This document shows positions 58,101 through 64,000 of a stretch of DNA of 64,000 nt, piece after piece. Location: the NCBI GenBank assembly GCA_963729895.1, contig CAVSQB010000019.1:96001-160000 (forward strand), written 5' to 3'. The DNA is from an uncultured Fibrobacterota bacterium (GTDB taxonomy: Bacteria; Fibrobacterota; Chitinivibrionia; Chitinivibrionales; FEN-1185). Both the position numbers and the translations under genes were made by a program. The stretch's first letter is position 1. Each line of letters starts with the position of its first letter. A model generated the notes under the pieces. That model was given only the letters and a program-made list of their open reading frames with translations. It searched no databases and had not been told where the DNA came from.

Positions 58101-61100
58101 TGCCAGCGGAGAAATTGGACCACCATATTCTCACGTAATGCATGTTGTTCCATTGGGGAGAGCCCACCTGGCTCCACAGCCCATGCGTGGTATCGTTGAG
58201 CGGTACCCTGTACAAATGCCACCGCATAGAGGGATCGTTGGAGGACGCCTTGCTCTCGTTTGCAAGCGTATCGGGCACCATGTAATTGGCCGCATTTGCA
58301 GCCAGGAACCTCGCGTTGGCCGCGCTGTCGAAATCTATGTACCTCCTGTAGAAGTTCTCGGCCGTACGGAACCCGTCGCCGTTAAGGTCTTCGGTGTTGA
58401 GCACCCCGTTTCTCTGGGTGCCGTTGACATAACGATAGTTGCCCCTCTGGTCCGTGTTTGTCCAGCTATAGGTCTGGTAATTGTCCTTGCTCGGGTCGCC
58501 GGGAATCGGGAGGCGAGTTTCAACGCTGTCCCCACCATTTTGTTTTTGGAGCCACACGTTTTTGCCGGCCACCTTGGTTTTGGCGTCATCGCGAACGTAA
58601 TACCAGAGCGTGTCCCATCCGGAAAAGTCGGCCTTGGGAATGCAGTACCACTCGGACGTATCCTGTTTGCCGTCGAGGCCTATGTCGAGCGTATCGTTGG
58701 CAAGGTTTCCGGTATTCATCGGGTCTTCGGTACGAAGCGAGTCCTTGGGCGGGCCGCCGTCAACGGACACTGCTTCGCTCACGTCACCCAAGTCGATGTA
58801 AAGCCTGCCGCCTGCGTCGCTTCTTGCCCAGAACTCCAGGTATTTGTCCTTTGACCTGTCGGTTTGCCCGGCAGGGAAATAGGTCATGATGCCAGCCCAG
58901 GGGCTCGTGTTTTTGAAATTGGGCCGCACGCTGTCGCACCGGGCGCTGTCCGGCGGGGAAGGTTGACAAACAAAACTCATGGTGGCTTCGTACTTGTCGG
59001 CCTGGGTCTGGTTCTGCAGATCCGTTATGGTGTCGTATATCTCGGTCTTAAGGACCTCGCTGTCCCCGAGCGGAGCATACCAGTACTGGAGCCAGGCCGG
59101 CGGGTGGTGCAGCAGGAAGGTGTCGGAGGGATCGCCGGAGGCGGGTTGCCAGGCCGTGGGAGGCGAACACTGGTACCACGACGTCTGCGAGAGCCCGAGC
59201 GGATAGCTCTGCTTGCTGCCTTCAAAATCGTCTATGTAGGCGGAGCCGTCGGTATTCGGATTGACGATGCTGTGCGCCACCTCCACTTCCAGGTTCACCG
59301 ATGATTTCGCGGCCGTTGACACGAGCGGAATCATGTTGACCGCCTTGGTCATCCATTCGGGTTCCATGTCGATCTGGGTGTTCATGTCGAGGAGCAGCTT
59401 GGAATACGGCTCCTGGTTGATTTTGGGGACCCTGTCCTGGGTTGAGGCGTCCTGCCACAGCAGGCTGGTGCCGATGAACGATTTTTCTCCTATGGGAAGC
59501 TTTACCTCGCCGCGGGCACCGAGAAACACCTTTGACTGGGGCGTGAAGAGCGCGTCGCTCTGGTATTCCACGTAGATCTGGTCGGCCGCCTGGGCACGCT
59601 TGGAAATGAGGTCTATCTGGCCCATCTGGTAGTCGATGGTGTAATCGACCTGGCGCTCGAGCCTGGTGCCGCCTTTACCTCCCATGTACAACGCGTCGGT
59701 GCCGGACTCCACGGCGCCGAACCCGATGGTAAACGTGGTCTTTCTTGACGAGCCGGACATTATGATCTGGTATTTCGCGATGATGTTGGTCCAGTCCTGG
59801 TCGTGCAGCCTGTAGATGTCGCGGTTGGTGTTGCCCTGGCCGAGCGTGTCGTTGGAAAACGGCTCGTTGCCGAGCCCGCCCGCGCTCTTTTTGAACTTCA
59901 CCGGCAGGATGATGATCCCGTGGTCCGCGTCGTAGACCTGGCTGTTGGTAGTGAGGGGATTTCCCACCGCGTCGGTGAGCCCGAGGATCTCGGAGAAGAA
60001 CCGGCCGTTCTGCTGGTTCTTGTTGATGGTGGTATCAAGCACCGTCACCACGCGCAGGCGAAACTTTGTGGGGTCGAACCCCTGCGGCAGCTGATATACG
60101 TTGCGCCACATCAGCGGCCATGTCGGCGCCGTGGAATCCTGGTCCATGGGCTTGAGCCACGCCAGGGTATCGGTGGCCGGGTGGAATTGCGATGTTTGCA
60201 CTGTGTCGTAGACATTATATTGGGAGGCCTTGGAATTTGAGGTAGGGGAGGAGGTCTGAAGAAACATGCCGAGCACGTCGTTGTCCTGAACCGCAAGGCT
60301 GTCGAACCGGATAAAACCGTTTGTAATATCAAGGTGATAATCCCGTTCCTGCACGAGCAGCTTGTAGACTTGGTGAGCGGTGCCTACATAGCGATACACG
60401 TCGCTGGTTTGCTTGTTGAGATTGGTTGCCTGCGCCTGGGTAAGGATGGTGCTGTTGGAAAGCCACACCTCAAGGCGGGTCACCGTGGGAACGGAAACAG
60501 TTGGGTCGATGTAATGGTTGCGGTAGACCGTGTCGAGAAAGAAGAGCTTGTTCCTCATGAAATCTTTTTCGGTCTTCTGGGTTCCGGTTTGGCCCTGGCC
60601 GGAGGGATTAAGCGTGGTGTTCTGCGACTCGCCCTGTTCGGTGCTGGCGATGCCGGTGAGAGACAGCGGGCCTATCTTGGACCCTATCTTGATGCCGAAG
60701 AGCCCCTCGTGGCTTTCGGAGTAACCCGACAACACGGTTGACGGCATGTCGAATCCCGTAAATCCCGCGGTCACCTGCTGGACTACCTCGTCTTCGAGCT
60801 CGTCGCCTTCGCCCTTGTAATCGATCTTGAAGTCCTTGAGCGGGTTGTTCGCCACGTCGGCGCTCACCGCCTGCTTGGTGCTGCCCTTTATGTTGATGCC
60901 GATGAGCCTGCCCACGCTGCCGGTGATGGAAAACTGGTTGTCCTGATCGAACACCAGCGCGTTGTTCCCCTGCAATTGCACGTTTGAATTGGGAATGTCG
61001 GTCTTTGTGTAGTTGTCCGATACGATGATTTTTTCGAACCCGCTTATGGTCAGCTTGGGAGGATCTTTTCCGAGGATTCGCTGCGCCCATGCAGGATACT

Positions 61101-61521
61101 GAACCGGAAGCTCCCATTGCAGGGCGGAAAAGGCATTCTTCTTCTTGTCCGAAGGCGCTGAAAGGAGCGTCAGCGCGCTCTTGTACCAGGCGTTGAGCAA
61201 TACAAAATGGCGCCTGCTTTCGAGATAGGCGTCCAGCTCGTCGTACCGGTACTGCCACACGACGACATTGTAAATCTTGTCGGTCCGTTCAAAGGAAATC
61301 TCGCGTTTCTCGAAATCGACCACTTCCTTGTCTTCGAACAGGGTGGTCTTGGTTTCGAGCATCGACGGGTTTTCCACGGAAAGCGGGCTGGGGCTGGCGG
61401 GTTCCTCGCTGAGGGCATGAAAAAATCCTATGACGCGCTGCGGAGGGCGGACCCCGTCCGCGGCGATCCATTGGGGCCACACAACGACGATGCACGCGAA
61501 CAAAACGCACAAACGACCCAT
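55150..61521 (-). CDS. sprA: SprA/Sov-like outer-membrane protein (T9SS translocon)
   Basis: ~2100 aa with signal peptide; LMWRNVY, L..G.DY.IDY..G, YIDDFEGS, IDLG.VSE, LNTEDLNGDG motifs; amphipathic beta-strand C-terminus. Confidence 0.85.
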   Translation of the reverse strand: MGRLCVLFACIVVVWPQWIAADGVRPPQRVIGFFHALSEEPASPSPLSVENPSMLETKTTLFEDKEVVDFEKREISFERTDKIYNVVVWQYRYDELDAYLESRRHFVLLNAWYKSALTLLSAPSDKKKNAFSALQWELPVQYPAWAQRILGKDPPKLTISGFEKIIVSDNYTKTDIPNSNVQLQGNNALVFDQDNQFSITGSVGRLIGINIKGSTKQAVSADVANNPLKDFKIDYKGEGDELEDEVVQQVTAGFTGFDMPSTVLSGYSESHEGLFGIKIGSKIGPLSLTGIASTEQGESQNTTLNPSGQGQTGTQKTEKDFMRNKLFFLDTVYRNHYIDPTVSVPTVTRLEVWLSNSTILTQAQATNLNKQTSDVYRYVGTAHQVYKLLVQERDYHLDITNGFIRFDSLAVQDNDVLGMFLQTSSPTSNSKASQYNVYDTVQTSQFHPATDTLAWLKPMDQDSTAPTWPLMWRNVYQLPQGFDPTKFRLRVVTVLDTTINKNQQNGRFFSEILGLTDAVGNPLTTNSQVYDADHGIIILPVKFKKSAGGLGNEPFSNDTLGQGNTNRDIYRLHDQDWTNIIAKYQIIMSGSSRKTTFTIGFGAVESGTDALYMGGKGGTRLERQVDYTIDYQMGQIDLISKRAQAADQIYVEYQSDALFTPQSKVFLGARGEVKLPIGEKSFIGTSLLWQDASTQDRVPKINQEPYSKLLLDMNTQIDMEPEWMTKAVNMIPLVSTAAKSSVNLEVEVAHSIVNPNTDGSAYIDDFEGSKQSYPLGLSQTSWYQCSPPTAWQPASGDPSDTFLLHHPPAWLQYWYAPLGDSEVLKTEIYDTITDLQNQTQADKYEATMSFVCQPSPPDSARCDSVRPNFKNTSPWAGIMTYFPAGQTDRSKDKYLEFWARSDAGGRLYIDLGDVSEAVSVDGGPPKDSLRTEDPMNTGNLANDTLDIGLDGKQDTSEWYCIPKADFSGWDTLWYYVRDDAKTKVAGKNVWLQKQNGGDSVETRLPIPGDPSKDNYQTYSWTNTDQRGNYRYVNGTQRNGVLNTEDLNGDGFRTAENFYRRYIDFDSAANARFLAANAANYMVPDTLANESKASSNDPSMRWHLYRVPLNDTTHGLWSQVGSPQWNNMHYVRIWWSNFSAGKMHTTNTIKFAGIQFVGNQWLETPNFLADSVQEVKLAVSTVNTDENAKTYSPPPGVYRATTVQGNLARETALDLTYNDIQSGDIAQVERSLAFQPLNVSAYSDLSVMFHGDTTRAGFWSFLKFGTDDSTYYEAKTPLLAGWQTMDIHLKDISDMKLLYQVHNGDTVLLNTSVQSGNCILSARAPQGRSPSFANITWMALGVARDSLGLTGSWHGDVWVDEMKVNGIKTLDGWAGRVYLTTKWADFVNFSLGIDYADGNFRRMTDANIGLGNSQLSANLSLDGKLSKFLPDRWGIDIPLGTRLQESLTRPEIKPSSDIYLLHADGSPDGLMEMYKDAIDMIVGRRVFDPDTTASRHYQTTSFQRDWWTGYAKKTQSHNPFVDMLLDRTAVDFSSSLKASETGRGERTEGGEDVLDKDTLQTYHGTLKYNLTPSLDPKYYKFKPFEKSKLLWLPQRIKNYEFNYLPTTLTFDIAEVTYSNEKSIQGEALDTTVTKKLELDHRMNLVYDPINILDFSYNLAVTRNLDSAVTTSNLQKNWHSFLINDVAQTDPTWKRYDILYGERSRTQGATLKFDPSFLDWLSHSFDYSANFHENATTLSNDTTKYQNMGVDRTFHLSSTLTLASLFKNLAGGFANFKSMAAVFNSISAAINKISFNSLTFDYSAKASLVNDNMSTDVMQNISREQFYLYQVGLSDRNAWDIVTGNMSDKAFGGMKFRPDLATTLAQNDQRTSDMNLSLSTNFNIPQPIDITFSGISLKWGRNYVVRPDTTTTDTTVTWPDFSESAKSGILNKIAFVPRYMQTVTLSQNFSYQLKVHSTATASTKDRSISTAYKLSPLVGFQGVLKKWPVTLDYSYSYGWKSDSSSGSSSYSRTIDNSNKVAIKYEVSKSSGVKELKFLMWKIPIVGRLVAGAEGEYTTSTTDSRSSGVAPTTTNTALISVTPHASYDFTDNVTGEFKYTGSQNKTTQSTTTSNIFSLSVEIRFNP

Positions 61522-61588
61522 GTCTACAAAGCGTCTCCCCTTGGGACTCCGGACGTGTACGTAACAAAAGCAATGCTCCGGCGGCGCC

Positions 61589-62803
61589 TTACTGCGGCGC
61601 CGCATCTTTGCAACATCGGAACCCCACCGGGTTGTGCCTGTTCTGGGGGTAGTAGCTGTACCGGACGTCGAAACAGCCGGTGTGCGGCCCGCTCTCCCAG
61701 AATCCGCCCTTTACATTATAGAATTGCGGGTTCCTGTCCGACCTGGTGTTCGTCCATTCGGCAAGGTTACCATCCATGTCGAAGACTTCAAAGTAGCCGC
61801 GGCATTCGGGCTTGCTGCCCGACGGCCGCGCGGTGGTATCGTGCGACACGCAGGCCCGCGGCTCGTACGTGTTGCCGTAGGCGTATTTCCAGCCGTAGGG
61901 CCCGGTGCAGGCAAGCACCCATTCGTCGGTGGTGCACAGGCGCTTTCCTGCGGAAACGCAGGAATCCACGGCGTTGTACAGCGAAATAAACGAGAGCGGC
62001 AGGGCGTTCTTCTTGTTGGGCCATTCGTAATGGTCGATGCAAAACCGGGTCTCGCCTGCCTTGACAAATTCCATGTCGGGCGGGCAGTACACGGCCGTAT
62101 CCCCGAGCGACAGTTCGTAGTATTCCTGCCGCTCTTCCATGCTGTTGCCGCAGGAATCGTGCGCGCGGAAGTACAGGGTGGTGGTTGCGGAGATTCGGAT
62201 GGTGTCGCCCGCGTAGGGGGCGAACGGGGCGGCGCTGTCGGACTTCCACTCGATAACGCAGGGTTTAGTGGCCGAAAACACCACGCTCACCGGGTGCCGG
62301 TGCAAACCGCCCGACGGATCGGGATACACCCACGGCGGAACGGTGTCGCCCGCGCACGCAGCCGCCCTCCGTGCCGAAGCCGAGGTGTCGCGCGAGGAAA
62401 GCGCCCGGGCGCCTGCACCCGCCGTGTCGAGCGCAGAAAGCGCATGGGCGCCTGCACCCGCGGTGTCGGAACGCGCGGCCGCGCGCCGGCGGCCGGCGCG
62501 TGCAGCGCCTGCCTCTTCTGATGTGTCAATATTTGCTCCGGAGCCCGTAAGCCCGTGCGGCACCTTCAGCGCCGTCGTGCCGCCGGGCGCCGTTTGTGCC
62601 GGCGCCGGTTTTGATTCCAATCGTTCCCGAATACGCGCGCTCGACACGGCCAGGGTATCCTTCCGCTCCTGCTTTACCGAAGGCAAAGCCTCCGGCCGCC
62701 CGCCCCTGCCTTTTTCCCCTAAGAGCAACCAAATCGCAAGGATAACAAGCAGTACGATTACGCACAGGATAAAGACTTTATTCCTTCTTTTCATTGAATT
62801 CAT
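61589..62803 (-). CDS. Membrane-anchored FGE-sulfatase (SUMF1-like) domain protein with an Ig-like/chitobiase-type spacer
   Basis: FCIDHYE, A...C...GKRLCT.DEW..AC, DMDGNLAEW, VGFRCC motifs. Confidence 0.82.
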   Translation of the reverse strand: MNSMKRRNKVFILCVIVLLVILAIWLLLGEKGRGGRPEALPSVKQERKDTLAVSSARIRERLESKPAPAQTAPGGTTALKVPHGLTGSGANIDTSEEAGAARAGRRRAAARSDTAGAGAHALSALDTAGAGARALSSRDTSASARRAAACAGDTVPPWVYPDPSGGLHRHPVSVVFSATKPCVIEWKSDSAAPFAPYAGDTIRISATTTLYFRAHDSCGNSMEERQEYYELSLGDTAVYCPPDMEFVKAGETRFCIDHYEWPNKKNALPLSFISLYNAVDSCVSAGKRLCTTDEWVLACTGPYGWKYAYGNTYEPRACVSHDTTARPSGSKPECRGYFEVFDMDGNLAEWTNTRSDRNPQFYNVKGGFWESGPHTGCFDVRYSYYPQNRHNPVGFRCCKDAAPQ

Positions 62804-62836
62804 ATAGCTGGCGCGCCGCTTTTTGGGCCCGGCGGT

Positions 62837-63649
62837 TCAGGCGCGCGCGACCGCATCCAGGACCTTCAATACGTCGAGGGTTTCCTTTACGTCGTGGACC
62901 CGGAACAGGCGCGCGCCCGCATACCACGCGGGCGCAACCGCGGCAAGGCTGCCGGCAAGGCGGCCGTCCTTGCCGCGGCCCGTTATGGCCCCCACAAACG
63001 ATTTCCTCGAGGCACCCACGCAGAGGGGATAGCCGAGCGCGACGAGGTCGCCCAGCCGGCGCAGCAAAACCAGGTTGTCTTCGAGCCGCTTGGCAAAGCC
63101 TATGCCCGGATCGAGGATGATGTTGTCCGTCCGCACGCCCGCCGCGGTGAACACGCTCACCCGCGCGAGCAGCTCCTTCTTTACTTCCGCAACGACGTCC
63201 GAATAGAACGGCTGCGCCTGCATCGTGGCGGGGGTTTCCCTGCTGTGCATGAGGACAACGGGGCAGCCCCTGGCGGCGGCAATGCCCGGCAGCGCGGGAT
63301 CGAACCTTCCCGCGCTTACGTCGTTGAGCCACGTTGCGCCCGCCTCGAACGCCCGCAGCGCAACGGCTGATTTTGCGGTGTCGACGCTTACCGGCACCCC
63401 GGTTGTGCGCGCCACGGCCTCGATGACCGGCAGGACCCGCCTGCATTCCTCTTCGGCGCTTACGGGGGCGGCGCCCGGACGCGTCGACTCTCCCCCTATG
63501 TCAAGGATGGAGGCGCCCTCGGCGGCGAGCGCGCACGCGTGCTCGATAGCGGGGCCGGCCTCGGCGTACCGTCCACCGTCATAAAAGGAATCGGGGGTCA
63601 CGTTGACAATTCCCATAACGGCAAACGGCCGTGCAAGGAGCGGGTGCAT
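62837..63649 (-). CDS. folP: Dihydropteroate synthase
   Basis: MGIVNVTPDSF.DGG, DIGGESTRPG, DPGIGF, SRKSF, RVHDV motifs. Confidence 0.96.
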   Translation of the reverse strand: MHPLLARPFAVMGIVNVTPDSFYDGGRYAEAGPAIEHACALAAEGASILDIGGESTRPGAAPVSAEEECRRVLPVIEAVARTTGVPVSVDTAKSAVALRAFEAGATWLNDVSAGRFDPALPGIAAARGCPVVLMHSRETPATMQAQPFYSDVVAEVKKELLARVSVFTAAGVRTDNIILDPGIGFAKRLEDNLVLLRRLGDLVALGYPLCVGASRKSFVGAITGRGKDGRLAGSLAAVAPAWYAGARLFRVHDVKETLDVLKVLDAVARA

Positions 63650-63874
63650 CTCCTATCCTCCGCTCCGGCGGCATTGCGGTATGCGAAACCGGGCCCGGAA
63701 TTCCGCCGAGGTTTTACCGGTTAAAGGTCCAAGCGCTTCAAAGTACCTGTGCGTACGCGACTCCTTTCCCGGTGGTGAGGGATGATTCGGGCCAAAACGT
63801 GCACTCCGCGCAGGTGCGCGGGGCGGGCATGAACGGCAGGTGCGTTCCTATCCGGGTGCGGCACCCGACACTAG

Positions 63875-64000
63875 CAGGTTGTTGAAATAGTCCTAACAGA
63901 AGCGCTCTTGTTGATTTTTTATGAACCTAACTTCAACTTTACATATGTCAGAGAGGTTTTACCTGCCTCGTTCCGAGGCATTTCCCCGGATTCCCAGGCC
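63875..64000 (-). mobile_element. Right end of another copy of the 42124-43435 IS5-family element (truncated by the window edge)
   Basis: CTAG followed by CAGGTTGTTGAAATAGTC...; reverse complement of 43310-43435. Confidence 0.9.

Noticed and set aside
56836..58854. 672-aa plus-strand ORF inside sprA, and many similar ORFs opposite GC-rich genes
   Set aside because: Antisense shadows arising from codon bias; no domain signatures.
1..64000. tRNA or rRNA genes
   Set aside because: None were recognised by eye; tRNAscan-SE or Infernal would be needed to exclude them formally.

Overview
A GC-rich bacterial region, possibly from the FCB group (Fibrobacterota-like; inferred from an SprA/T9SS translocon, not proven). 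About 47 kb (1-48.4 kb) is a mostly minus-strand surface-polysaccharide locus. It encodes a CapD-like dehydratase, aminotransferases, many glycosyltransferases, Wzx and a Wzy-like protein, rfbF/rfbG/rfbC, methyl-, acetyl- and amidotransferases, and is headed by a NusG-paralog antiterminator. Housekeeping genes follow (pyrE, rpmA, rplU, rne/rng, sprA, folP). The locus carries three apparently identical IS1380-family copies (one disrupts a B12 radical SAM gene and itself hosts an IS5) and a second IS5-family element. The most unusual structure is at 32.9-37.4 kb: MNT-HEPN and other toxin-antitoxin modules are interleaved with repeated, in-frame 3' ends of rfbC. This looks like serial cassette integration into rfbC, but no integrase is present in the window. 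Intergenic DNA is rich in periodic 8-mer/9-mer arrays and covarying palindromic repeat families. One such array pair brackets a four-helix-bundle gene in inverted orientation, and a similar pair elsewhere has no gene between the arrays. A sigma-70-like ORF (regions 1.2-2) missed by the ORF track lies next to a perfect 43-bp palindrome. Family assignments come from motif recognition only; no database search was run.
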